A DNA stretch of 64,000 bases from Eledone cirrhosa (lineage: Eukaryota): assembly GCA_964016885.1 (NCBI GenBank), contig OZ024743.1, positions 63,922,001-63,986,000 on the forward strand, written 5' to 3'. The stretch's first letter is position 1, and each line of letters opens with the position of its first letter. Under the pieces are notes generated by a model. That model made no database searches, had not been told where the DNA came from, and worked only from the letters and a program-made list of their open reading frames with translations. Shown here piece after piece: positions 1 through 12,153 of this stretch. Position numbers and translations under genes: made by a program.

Positions 1-1012
1 AAGAGGAGACCGAAGAAGATGGGCGCCTGGCACATTGAATGCGCTCAGGCGCTCACAGTCCTCTGTCAAGTGGGCACGACAATCAGTGGAGACTCCACTT
101 CAACATTCTATAGAGGGTTAGTATGTCACAAGGGCGACAACGTGCTCGGAGAGACTCTAGGCGTTGAGGATGAAGAACTCCCCAGTCTGTTTAGTAAGAC
201 TTTCCGCCCGGGACCTATGGACAACTCCCAGAAGTCCGTGGCCTGGCAGTGCTACCGAGGAGCTCTACCAGTTCGTGACAAGATCTACAGGCACGGACGT
301 CCCGACAGGGATCCTTCCAAGAGGACGTGTCCAAGATGCGGGCAGGACATCAAAACCGTCCTGCACGCAATTGTACACTGCTCGGGCGTAACCGACATGT
401 GGAACTACGCAGAACAACTGCTGTCGCGTATGGGACAAATCCAGTTGACAGCCGAGTCCATAGTAAGGATCAAACCGCCAACTTCTTTCAAAAACGAAAG
501 AGAGGCGGTTTTCCTCTGTACAGTGGCTATGGTGAAAGAGGTTATATGGTGGACGAGATTGAGAGGACTGAGGACAGATGCCTTTCTCTCCGGACAACAA
601 CTCATTCCCTTCTTTAGATACCACTTTAGAAGGAGAATCAGAGTGGAGAGAGAGGCACTGTACCCCTGTAAATTTACTGAAAAGTAGGTGAATGTGGCAA
701 AAATGGCCCGAGTGATTGGGCCTTCTCTGTATATAAACCTGTAGGTTGAAGAAAAGAGCAAAGGAAAGAAAGGAGCACTTGCACAACACGCTCCTGGAGT
801 TGAGGGTTGTTATATCGACGAGGTATTAAACAACCCATTTGTGGCGCCTCTTCCCTATTGGGGATTTCGATTGTTATATTTGTTTGTTTCATATTTTTAC
901 ACGATTGTATGTAAAATACCCGGCATGTCTTTGTTTTGTCCCCTTTTCTTGTGCGCCCTTGTGGCTAATAAAGAAATCTATCTATCTATCTATCTATCTA
1001 TTTATTTATCTA
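1..1012 (+). mobile_element. 3' end of L1/Tx1-clade LINE (Tx1-A) with (TCTA)n tail, cut by the window edge
   Basis: ORF 19-687 matches the ORF2 C-terminus of the downstream copies (MDNxQKSxAWQCYRGALPVR, CPRC..H..C zinc finger). Premature TAG at 685-687; homologous stop at 742-744. AATAAA 967-972; (TCTA)n 977-1012. Confidence 0.9.
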
Positions 1013-1247
1013 TATAAATCTAGCTGTCGTCTGTTCTACAGTGTGGATGTCATTCACTTCGCACAGAAGTTTTGTTCAAATTTATTGAGGAAATTTTGTG
1101 AGTTCAAACTTAATTTTGATACAATTGTGTAGCTTGACCCTCCGTCTGAACTGTCAGGCGGTGGGTCAGCTCATCTTTACCCCTCCTAGAGGTGAAAAAC
1201 CTGTTTTAAAAAATTTTGTGTAAAAAAATTTCAATCGTCTAACAGAA

Positions 1248-3149
1248 ATGTTAAACGCAGCGAACGAAAATAGTGGTGGGGGGACAGCGGTAAGAGTTGT
1301 AAGCTCGCACGCTTTAGTCCTCCCTTCCTTCCCAACTAACGTCATAGAGAAGGAAGGAAAAATTAAAATAAAAACAGACGAATCTGCGGAGAAAAAATTA
1401 AATGACGAAAACACAAATCTGGACTTGGATTCCAACAACGAAAAAAAAAAATTTGAAAAATTGCATGACAATACTAATAACACAAACAAAGACACAACAA
1501 ACACAAAAATAACAGTTGAAAATAACACCATATCAGAAAACAAAGCAGACGACAAGATTTCATTTGCACAGAAAACAAAGAAATCTTTGACTTATATAGC
1601 GGAAAACATTTCAGATGTGGTACGAAGGATCACGGACGCCAAACAATACATAAGTGAAGGAGAGAATGGTATTTTATCCGTAAAAATGCCTCAAGAATTC
1701 ACGAAAGACATTGAAAGCCGAACGGTCAAGTTTCGGACCATCAACAACAGTACAAAAAAACCTGAACAGCCTTCTCAAGCAGATATCAAAACAGTACTCA
1801 CAGAAGTACTTAATGAAACCACTTTCATAAGAAAAGACAGACTGTATGGAAGCCTAGCAATTATCATGAAGAACGAATCGGCGGCAAAAAAATGTGCTTT
1901 GTCACCGATTCGTTCGAAAAATTTCACCTTTTATCCATCTTATATGGGGAAAAGAACGCAACGCATATGGCTGGATGCAATGATGCCAGATGTGGACTAC
2001 TGCTGGCTCATAGCTGGTTTCATCGATCCAGTGAATGACAACGTGATTTCCATTGGGAAAACCACAGGCAATGCGTTCAGTGGAACAGGTATAGAGCTGG
2101 TAGTACAAGTGAAGCCTGAACGCATCGCCCAAATACCCGACAGAATCCTATTAGAGGACCACGGGTATATAAACATTAGCGTGGAGGGGAGAAGGCCGTC
2201 CTGCCATATCTGTGCAGGAAGAGGGCACCTGAAGGCCGCTTGTCCCCAACTCAACAAAAAGAAAACCCTGCTACCAACACCAGCTCCACCACCACCACCA
2301 CAACAGATAAACAAACAACAAAACTCAGTCCCACCCAACCCGTCCCTCAGTAAAACCACAACACCACCACAACACAAACAGTCACAACACATTACCCCAA
2401 AACAAAATACAGGCCCACCCAACCTATCACTCAATAAAACAACACAACCACCGCAGACACAACACACAACACAGTCTAACATAGTGACATCCATCTCCCC
2501 CACAAAGAAAACCAACACGGAAACATTACCAGCAAACATACCTCTTTCCTCCAACACTGAAGATAACCCAACGAATTCGGAGGAAGAAACGGAGTCCTTC
2601 AGACAGATTAAAAGGAAAAAAAGAAAACATGTGCAAAACACACAAGGACAAACAACCCCCACCCAAATCTCAACACAATCCAACAAAACAGAAAACACCC
2701 CTCCAGCAACAAACAAAACCAAACCTGCCCCTCCCCTCTTCGAAACACTCACACCATCGGAAAAAAAGACATTACACTATACTTACATCAACAGAAACAA
2801 TAATAAATTAAATGAGCTCATATACAATAATCCTTCGGTACAAACCGAAGGTGTAAACTTTGTTTCGTCAGAAAACTACCCACATTTAAAACTAATAAAG
2901 ATCCCAATGAACCTCTACCAAAAACTAAAAAAGGATTTTAAGGAGGACGTAGGACCACCCTCTGTCAAACCCATAAACCGCGTCCTACTAAAAAGCTTTC
3001 CCCCTCCCCTTCCCCTCCCCAACACAACTCCAAACACCCCAACCCCACCACACACTGACGACCCCACACCACCACAAGACACCCCTTCACCCAACACCCC
3101 CGACCCCATGGAAGTCGTGCAACCCGAACCCCGGGAAGCGGAAAGGTAG
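1248..3149 (+). CDS. Tx1-B ORF1 (gag-like nucleic-acid-binding protein)
   Basis: 633-aa open frame; CCHC knuckle CHICAGRGHLKAAC; Pro/Thr-rich linker; directly upstream of the APE-RT ORF. Confidence 0.88.
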   Translation: MLNAANENSGGGTAVRVVSSHALVLPSFPTNVIEKEGKIKIKTDESAEKKLNDENTNLDLDSNNEKKKFEKLHDNTNNTNKDTTNTKITVENNTISENKADDKISFAQKTKKSLTYIAENISDVVRRITDAKQYISEGENGILSVKMPQEFTKDIESRTVKFRTINNSTKKPEQPSQADIKTVLTEVLNETTFIRKDRLYGSLAIIMKNESAAKKCALSPIRSKNFTFYPSYMGKRTQRIWLDAMMPDVDYCWLIAGFIDPVNDNVISIGKTTGNAFSGTGIELVVQVKPERIAQIPDRILLEDHGYINISVEGRRPSCHICAGRGHLKAACPQLNKKKTLLPTPAPPPPPQQINKQQNSVPPNPSLSKTTTPPQHKQSQHITPKQNTGPPNLSLNKTTQPPQTQHTTQSNIVTSISPTKKTNTETLPANIPLSSNTEDNPTNSEEETESFRQIKRKKRKHVQNTQGQTTPTQISTQSNKTENTPPATNKTKPAPPLFETLTPSEKKTLHYTYINRNNNKLNELIYNNPSVQTEGVNFVSSENYPHLKLIKIPMNLYQKLKKDFKEDVGPPSVKPINRVLLKSFPPPLPLPNTTPNTPTPPHTDDPTPPQDTPSPNTPDPMEVVQPEPREAER

Positions 3150-3182
3150 GTCTCTACACTCTCCTTTGGCTCTGCCGCCCAC

Positions 3183-6100
3183 ATGGATGTGTTAAGAGTA
3201 GGATGTTTGAATGCACGTGGCCTGGGCTCAACTTGGAAGCAAGCAAAGCTTCTAAATGACCTCAGGTCATGTAGTATAAATGTAATGGTTATCTGTGAGA
3301 CTCGAATCAGCGTCGTGCAGCAGCTGGCCCCCACCTTCGATGACTTTGAGGTGCATGCATCTCTCTGTCAACCTGGAGGTGGGGGTGGGGTTGTCGTACT
3401 GCTGCAAAAACACCTGGGTCTTGCCGTACAGGTTGTGCACTCGGACCCGGAGGGTCGTTTATTGGTGCTAGACGTTGGCAGTAGTGAAAGTGCGGCCTTG
3501 AGACTGGTCGCCGTCTACTCCCCTTTCGGAGCTGAACGGCCCGACTTCTTCCAGCGTTTGGAGACTTTTCTGGGAACGTCGCGTTCCCTGCTTCTAGCGG
3601 GGGATTGGAATGACATCCTGGATGCACGTTGGGACTATGCAGGAGCATGTCCTAATAGAGGGGGGTGTAACAGCCTCAAGGGGTTACTCGACCGTTTTAA
3701 CTTGGTCGATAGATATCGACTAGATTTTCCAACTGTGCCTACCTGGACTTGGAGAAACCACAGTGGTCAATCTAGATCGTACTTAGATTCTTAGTTAGAA
3801 GTAAGGATAGGGACATATTAAGCTGTCCAGAAATGCGCACGGTTGGCTACACGGATCACAAATTAGTGACCTGCGTGGTCAATCTCGAGAAAACACATAG
3901 ACAGGGTCCCGGTTACTGGAAACTTAATTTGTCTTTACCGGCAAAAGAGACTTACAGAAACCGGATTAGCAGATTAGTTAAGGAGAGGTTGACGGGTGCA
4001 ATCGTCAACAACCGATGGTGGGCATCTCTCAAAAGAGAGATTAGAACAGAATCAATAAGTTATAGCAAGATGTTAGCTGCCGATAGGAATAGAAACGAGA
4101 AAGAATTAACAGGTAAATTAGAAGAGGCAATCAAGAGCGAAGATGTGGCCAGAGTGCTGGCATCGAGGACGGCCTTGAACCAGTTTTTCGATGCAAAGCA
4201 CGAAGGCTGCGTCATTCGAAGTAAAATACGGGCTCTAGGTAATGAGGGGGCCAAAGCCGTTGGATGGGCCCGCGTGACAGAAGCTAAGAGTGGAAATCGA
4301 TACCATCCGGTCGTTGCAAGACGAAGATGGACGGGTGATCCGGGAGCCTAAGCAGATGTGCGAGGCCTTTCAAATGCACTTTGCCCGATTGTTCGGGGGA
4401 GGCGAGGGTCCGGGCGGGGGCGTGGATTTCGGTCCATACCTCGACGGCCTGCCGCGTCTCTCGAGCGAAGAGGCAGAGTCCTGCGAGGGACCAATCTCGG
4501 CTGATGAGATCGGAGATGCGCTGAGCCAATGCAGCAGACGCAAATCTCCAGGTCTCGATGGTATACCTTACGAACTTTATTTAGCAATGCCGGTCTTCTT
4601 CTCCGAACTCCTCGAAGCGGTCTACTGCAATTGGCAGCAGAACGGGAGAATTCCTTGTTCTGTAGCCAAGGGCGTAGTCACGCTGGTGAGGAAGGACGAG
4701 AACAAGGGGGATAGTATAAATAATTTTCGGCCCATAACCCTGCTAAACACAGAGTTAAAGATTTTGGCCAAGGTGTTAGCAAAGAGGTTGGCGCTTGTCG
4801 TGGGTGGCCTGGTGGGAGATGCACAGACATGTGCTATCCCATCCAGGTCCATTCACGATAACCTCCACCTCATGCGATACATCATAGAGAGGGTTGGCAA
4901 CAAACCCGGCTTCGGTGGGGCCCTGATCAACTTGGATCAGTCTAAGGCCTTCGATAGGGTCGACCATGGTTACCTGGATGCGGTGCTAGCGGCGGCTGGG
5001 TTCGGTCCTGTTTTCAGAGGCTGGATCACTGCCCTACATAGCAACCACATCTGTTCTAGGATCAAGGTGAACGGCTACCTTTCGAAGCCGTTCGAAATCA
5101 CACGATCCATTCGACAGGGGTGCCCTCTCTCCTCCCTTCTGTACGTATTGACTCTCGAGCCTTTACTGAGGAAGTTGGAGTTGTTGCAGGGTATCCCCCT
5201 GGAACCAGGATTGAGCAAAGCGGTGTCGGCCTACGCCGATGACGTAACAGTAATGGTATCAACCGACTCGGAGATCGAGGCGATCGGTACCTTACTGGAG
5301 GAGTACGAAAGGTTGTCAGGAGCGAAACTGAACCGGGAAAAATCCATCGGGCTGCAACTCGGAACGTGGAGAGGCAGACCGATGCCTCCTGACGGTGTCG
5401 TCGGACACTGGACGGAGGGCCCGGTAAAGTTGCTTGGTGTCTGGTTTGGACCGGACCTCCAGGTGGAAAAGAACTGGAACGAGGTTACGAACAAGGTGTT
5501 TGCACTAACCCAGAAATGGGCCAAGTGTAAGCTGTCCCTAAAAGGCCGGGCGGAGGTGGCGAACATTTACATAGCGTCCGTCACTTACTACCGCCTGACT
5601 GTCGTGCCTTGCCCTAAGGAAACACTCACCACCATGGAACGCATGCTCTTCCAATTTCTTTGGAAGAAGCGTCCTCCTATGGTGAGAAGATCCATCTGCT
5701 GCCAACAACCTTCGAAAGGAGGGCTGGGGATGCCGTGGTTGATGATGCGTAGGCACGCATTAAGGCTACGGCACCTACAGGTATTCCTCACTGGTCAACC
5801 GGTGTGGGCTCCGTTCGTGAAACGAGCCTTTCCGAGACTCGTCTCGCTCACCGAGCTACAGTCCTGGGTCAAGCAAAGATCCGGAAAACTGGGAGACTGG
5901 CACACTGGGTGTGCTCAGGCGCTCAGGGCTCTCTGGCAAGCGGGCCGGGCCATCGGTGGAGAATACACCTCATCATTCTATAGAGGGCTGGTGGCTAGCA
6001 GGGGCGATGACACCCTTGGAGAGTCGCTGGACATGGAAGAAGACGAACTGGCCAGCCTGTTCGGTAGGACTTTCGGCCCAGGACCAATGGACAACTTCCA

Positions 6101-6614
6101 GAAGTCACTGGCCTGGCAGTGCTACCGGGGGGCTCTACCCGTTCGAGAGAGGCTCTACAGACACGGGCGCCCGGGCAGGGATCCCTCAAAAAAGATTTGC
6201 CCTAGATGCGTGCGTCACGAAGAAACCGTTGCGCACGCATTGGTGCAATGTCCGGGCGTGGCTGATCTGTGGGGCTACACCGAACAACTGCTGTCGCGGG
6301 TGGCGCCGATTAAATTGACCGCCGAGTCCGTGATGACAATCAAACCGCCTCCCCTCTTCACAAAGGAAGCAAAGGCGGTTTTTCTGTGCGTAATAGCCAT
6401 GTTGAAAGAGGTTGTTTGGTGGACACGATTGAAAGGTCTGAGGTCAGGCAACTTCCTCTCTGGCCATAGTCTGGTCTACTTCTTCCGATATCACTTCGGA
6501 AGAAGGATAAGAATGGAGAGAGAGGTGCTTGGCCACAGGCAGTTTTATGAAAGGTGGGTGATAGTGGCGAGAATGGCTCGTGTAAATGGGCCTTCTCTGT
6601 ATACCATCCTGTAG
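3183..6614 (+). pseudogene. Tx1-B ORF2 (APE endonuclease, reverse transcriptase, zinc finger), frameshifted
   Basis: Pieces 3183-3794, 3833-4351 and 4290-6614. APE motifs LNARGL, ET, GDWN, SYLD, TDH. RT motifs KSPGLDG, FRPITLLN, LDQSKAFDRV, RQGCPLS, YADD. C-terminal CPRC..H..C. Confidence 0.92.
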
Positions 6615-6927
6615 GTAAAGAAGTAAAGGAGAGGGGAGCACCTTTTCCATGTGCTCCCCGGGCAAAGGATTGCACACTTTTTCGGGGGTGTGTGCAACCC
6701 CCATCACGTCCCCTCCCTTTTGAGGTTATTTTCGATTATTTTCATGTTACACCCTTTTTACTCGATTATATGTAAACTCCCCCTTTGTATTTGTCCCTTC
6801 TTTTTATGCCTTTATGGTAAATAAAGAAATCTATCTATTTATCTATCTATCTATCTATCTATTTATCCGCCCCCTCTCTCTTTATATATGTATATACATA
6901 TATATTTGTGTGTGTGTATACATACAT

Positions 6928-6982
<55 letters not shown>

Positions 6983-6985
<3 letters not shown>

Positions 6986-7412
6986 TCATCATCATCATTT
7001 TACGTCTGCTTTTCCCTGCTTGCAAGAGTGGGACCGGTCCTATTCAGCACATCATCTCTCCACTTGTTACGGCCCTTCGTCATCTCCTCCGTGAGTTTCA
7101 GCGATCTGAGATCTGCTCTCATCACCTCCACCCATGTTTTTCGTAGTCTTCCTCTACTGCGTCTTCCTTGGGATTTCTTGGCACTTCTTTACCCACCGGT
7201 CATCCTCCATGCGCATCACATGTCCATACCATCTCAGTCTTCTCTCCTGCACACCACATATCCCTCTTATACCCAGTTTCTTTCTCAACTCATTTATGCA
7301 CATTCACATTGCACATCCAACGGAGCATGCTTGCCTCATTTCTCTCCAGCCGTCGCATATCCTCTGCAGTTGCTGCCCGTGTCTCACTACCATGCAGCAT
7401 CGCGCATCTCAC
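6983..7412 (-). mobile_element. RTE-clade LINE 3' fragment with (GAT)n tail
   Basis: Minus translation [32 protein letters not shown]; (CAT)n at 6983-6998; same 3' sequence as 11894-12140 and 17885-18147. Confidence 0.75.
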
Positions 7413-7430
7413 ATATATATATATCTGTGT

Positions 7431-7483
7431 GCGTGTATACATACATATATATATATATATACACACACATGCACACACACACA

Positions 7484-7565
<82 letters not shown>

Positions 7566-7566
7566 T

Positions 7567-7598
<32 letters not shown>

Positions 7599-7600
7599 GT
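7431..7600. repeat. Compound (TA)/(CA)/(TC) microsatellite
   Basis: Read directly from the sequence. Confidence 0.95.
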
Positions 7601-9339
7601 GCATATATAATGAAAAAATGAAGAATAACTCGGATAAGCCTTCTCCATCCTGACCACCGGGGCTGTAGGGCAGCCAGCATGTAGGATCCCATTTACTCAC
7701 TATACAGAGAGATGGAGGCGATGACAGTGGGAGTTCGGCTCTTCCGTGTTCGGACACATTGCACTTGTCAAGTGTGTATTTCCATACTTGTGAAGAACGT
7801 AAACTAAATACCATAAATGTGACACTCATTTTAAAGTCTGTTAACCCTCAGCTTAATTTTCCTCTCCACCTCCTACTGCACCTCCCACTCATGCCTTCAC
7901 ACATAATGTATTAGCCTATCATATCAATGCTTCAATCAAACCACAACATTTTATAAATATATATATATACTTAGGTTAATAGGAGTTAGGTATTGTATAC
8001 CCGTGTCCCATTAAGGTATTAGCAGAAAGGGGTTTGATTGGTGTTATGGACTCTACCAACCAAACATTCAAGAACAAATAGTAAAGAGAGTAAAGAGCAA
8101 AAGCAGGGGACGATAAGTATAATTTTGGTGCGGGAGGGTGGGGTGTGGGTCCTTGTTTACTAGCTGTGGTCATATTCATTCCCGGGAGTCGAGTGGTTAG
8201 TTGAGCCATAGATGGGGTGGCGTCGATAGTAGGGTGCAGAGGGTGTGCAGAGGCTACACACACACAAAGGGCATACAATATATATATAACGGAGGAGAAA
8301 GTACACGAGGTAATTAGAAATGGAAAAAGAGTAATAATAATAATCTATAATTAATAATGTATAATAAGGCATGGGAAGATTACACTATAATAAGGTATAA
8401 AAGTAAGAATAAGGTAAAATATAAAGGAGGATAACAGTGAAAATAAGAATAAAGATAAAAATATATATATATATAAATAAAAAAAAATATATAGAGAATA
8501 TATAAAGAAATATAAGCAAGTATTAGAAAGGGAAAAACACAATGTAAAAAAACCGATTTTTTCAAATAAAAAAATTATAAATATGGAGGGAGAAAACGGG
8601 ATAGAGAAATATAATCAAATGTGATTAGTTGAGAGAATATAAGATGATAATAGTTATGTCAAGTTTATACATCTTAATAATAAATAATCTGTATATCAGA
8701 GTTACACATCCTTCAATTCACTTGCAGGTTCAACCCACGTGGCATAGTCCATTGTTCATCTGTGCGGTCATGTGCGTTTGTTTTTGACACCACAGCAGAT
8801 GCACAAGTTCATAAATTCCAATGCAGATAGAAATCTATTTTTGCTCACCCAGACATTGACGGAGGATCCAATATTCCTAGTTCAATATGTGTGTGGTGTT
8901 ATTTTGGTCGCACAAATCAATCACTTGGTTCAATATTATGGAGTATGGTTTTCTGGTCTTCGTAACAGTGTCAGTGGTTGTATATCTCGAAATCACAAGG
9001 ATCACAGTACTCCGGTTTGGTGTGATTATCGGTCATCCAACTATGTTGTCGGTGGTTGGATTCAATTCTATTGCCCCGAACGTAGAACTTTGGTGTCGAT
9101 TGAACATTAACGAGGCAGAGTGAGATCGATATATATATATACACTGTGTGAGAAAAACCACAGACTCTCCATCTCAACTCTACTTTTGAAAAGCAGAACT
9201 GCGAAACTGGTAAAGGAACCAAATATATATATTTTTTTAAATAAGACTCCAGTTGCATTTTCGATTTCATCTTTTTTTCTTTATACTTTCACTCGTGTAG
9301 GACACCTCGGTTATTTTTCACTTTGTAAAAAAACCTCAC

Positions 9340-9411
<72 letters not shown>

Positions 9412-9444
9412 GGATTTAAATGGATACAGTTCAGTAAAAGGAAT

Positions 9445-9565
9445 TTATTGACACGTGTTTCAATAACAGTTATATAACCTAAAAACGGTTGCTATCTACA
9501 AATTATTAATTATGCAGACACTCAATATTTCAATGTTATTTTCAACTATCATTTCATCAGAATAA
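9445..9565 (-). ncRNA. Type-I hammerhead ribozyme motif with long stem II
   Basis: Minus strand: ttatt-CTGATGA-aatgatagtt...aactgttatt-GAAACACGTGTC^aataa. Stems I and II pair; stem III is the palindrome ACACGTGT. Confidence 0.72.
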
Positions 9566-9619
9566 CGATAAGTTGTTATCCCATATATATATATATGGGA
9601 TAACAATTTATCGTTATAG

Positions 9620-11830
9620 GTAATCCAGTTAAGGTTGTGAGTACTCTGTATTGTGGATAGTTTTAACGTATGGCTTTGTTTGACTCAACAAGATGTATAC
9701 ACCATGAGTCTTAATACATACAATAACTTTATACGTCGTGAACTACACAAAAAATAAAGAAAACTACAGAATCTACACTCACTAGCATTAATAAGGAAGG
9801 ACTTAGCATAGTAAAAAAACTGAAAATATCTGATAGAACCGAGCCTCTAACCACTTGTAACCCCACATTTAACCTAAAAGATCATAAAAATAATTCCGAA
9901 ACAGACCCCACAATTAGATTAATATGCCCATCGAAGTCGGATATAGGTAGAATTACTAGATAAAGTAATAGCACAAATCAAGGACAAACTAGTAATTAAG
10001 CTATGTGGTAACACTAACGAAGCAATAGACTAGTTCAGCAAAATAGACAGTAGGGAAACATCCAACTTCGTTCAGTTCGACATTAACGACTACTACTCCT
10101 CCATCTCCTCAGTCACCATAGATAAAGTGCTAGCCTTTGCCCAGAAAAACTCGGACCTAACCTCTGATGAAATTAGAATAATATTAGCTGCTAGGAGAAC
10201 TATCATTAGATTCGAAAATAGTTACTGGGAACGAAAAAACAGACAGAATAGCTTCGATATCACAATGGGATCTAGCGACTCAGCACAGGTAACAGACATA
10301 GTTGGAATATATATAGCGTATAATTTACATAAGGAATTTAATAACCTCCAAGGAGGAATTTATAGAGACGACACACTACTTTTAGCTAAGAACTTAAATA
10401 ATCAAAACATGGAAAGATTACGGAAAAACACCAGAGTCTTCTTCAACAAACTAGGCCTAGGTATCACTTTCGAACTTGACTCTAAAAAAGCAAACTTCTT
10501 AGATGTAACACTCAACCTAAACGCAGGATTAATAGAGCCCTTCCATAAAAATAACGAGAATCTAGCCTACATTAGTTATAACTCAAACCACTCTCGATCC
10601 ATAATTAACTCCATAGCACATAATAACTGAACCGAACATTAATATAGGGACCCCTAGAAACTATAGAAAATCCAGAGATAGGAAATACTTATGGTTCAAT
10701 CCAATATTCAACTCCTCTATAAAAACCAAACTACCTTCTACATTCTTTAAGCTAATTGACAAACACTTCTCTAAACTACACAAATACCATAGAATCTTTA
10801 ACAGAAAAACTATCAAACTCTCTTACTCTACTGCAGCCAACATAGAATCACACATACATAAAATCAACTACAAAAGAATCTCTAAAGAAAATAACCTACC
10901 AACATACACCGTAGCACCAAATACAAAACGCAAACACATAACAACATCACAACCACACACACATCAGGGCGCATCGCAACAAAACATCAATAAGCCTAAA
11001 TCTCAACCCATCCATAACAACATAAAAAACCGCAACGGAGAACCTGCACACAGGAAGGCCTCCAACTGCCACCTGCCGAATAAATGCCCACTACAAAATA
11101 GACGCCTGGAATCAAGTATGGTGTACCTGTGTACTATAAATTCGGACAACTTAAGATGGCACTACATAGGTTTCACGGCTGGGGAATTCAAAAAAGATGG
11201 TACGTTCACAGACACTCTATGAAGAACCATAGACTAGGGAACTCAACAACGTTGGCCGATAAAATCTGGCAACTGAAGGACACAAACCAGGAATATAGGA
11301 TTAGCTGGTCAAAATTATCGGGAGCAAGGGCCTATAACAATGGAATGTCCCACTGCGGTCTTTGCAATATGGAGCTGTTCCATATTTTAAAGTATGATAA
11401 GATGCTGCTTAACAGCAAAATAGAAAGATCAATATTTCTGTAGGCACAAAGCAGCTACCAAGTTCGCAAATTTCAAACCAACATGATTCGATCCAGCAAT
11501 CTCAAAATTCGAGCTGAACTACCCGGATTTGAATGTACTGAATACATACCACTCCACTATTATTAGCTGTAAACTGATCGACTGGTCACTAGATCAACAT
11601 CATACATCTCCTAATCTTTCTTTCACTCTCTCGGGGCGACCGGCTAAAGTGGAAGATGCTAGATGGTCGGTCGTCCTCGGGTCTATAACTTTCAGCCCCA
11701 TGTATTTTATCTGTTGCATTCATTTATTATATTTCGAATACCTGATGATATCACCGGATTCATACGGAACCCGGTCATTGAAATGATCATAGTATAATAA
11801 ACCTTTCAAGGATTTACACAAGTCCAGCTT
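9620..11830 (+). mobile_element. Degenerate Penelope-like element (Naiad-like RT + GIY-YIG)
   Basis: FDITMGSSDSAQVTDIVG, GIYRDD and NFLDVTLNL in ORF 10127-10630; C-terminal CGLC in 11129-11443; multiple stops and frameshifts; 3' HHR, AATAAA and (TA)n. Confidence 0.85.
11738..11795 (+). ncRNA. Hammerhead ribozyme motif at the PLE 3' end
   Basis: atac-CTGATGA-..accgg..ccggt..-GAAATGATCATA^gtat; palindromic stem III ATGATCAT. Confidence 0.65.
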
Positions 11831-11851
11831 CCTGTTATTTTATTATAATTA

Positions 11852-11893
<42 letters not shown>

Positions 11894-11896
<3 letters not shown>

Positions 11897-12140
11897 ACAT
11901 GTGATGCGTATGGTAGATGACCGCTGGGTAAAGAAGTGCCAAGAAATCCCAGTAGAAGGAAGACGCAGTAGAGGAAGACCACGAAAAACATGGGCCGGGA
12001 TGGTGAGAGCAGACCTCAGATCACTGAAACTCACGGAGGAGATGACGAAGGACCGCAACAAGTGGAGAGATGCTGTGCTGAATAGGACCCGTCCCACCCT
12101 TGCAAGCAGGGAAAAGCAGACTAAAAACGTATATGATGAT
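11894..12140 (+). mobile_element. RTE-clade LINE 3' fragment
   Basis: Translation VEGRRSRGRPRKTW...DRNKWR; short GAT tail; homologous to 6983-7412. Confidence 0.75.
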
Positions 12141-12153
12141 ATATATATATATA

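Larger units (their letters stand above)
1016..6867 (+). mobile_element. Full-length L1/Tx1-clade LINE (Tx1-B) with (TCTA)n tail
   Basis: 5'UTR, ORF1, 33-nt spacer, disrupted ORF2, 3'UTR, AATAAA 6820-6825, (TCTA)n 6830-6867. TCTA repeats lie on both flanks. Confidence 0.92.

Noticed and set aside
1997-2752. Long antisense ORFs opposite the Tx1 ORF1s (also 28512-29102, 37814-38455)
   Set aside because: Explained by the A/C-rich low-complexity sense strand lacking antisense stops; the sequences are not conserved between copies.
6814-7829. ORFs with YIYI/SLSL/ERER runs
   Set aside because: Microsatellite read-through; only the RTE-derived part is meaningful.
7640-9120. Possible host exons (e.g. 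7640-7830, 8728-8830)
   Set aside because: No recognisable protein motif or consistent splice and frame structure.
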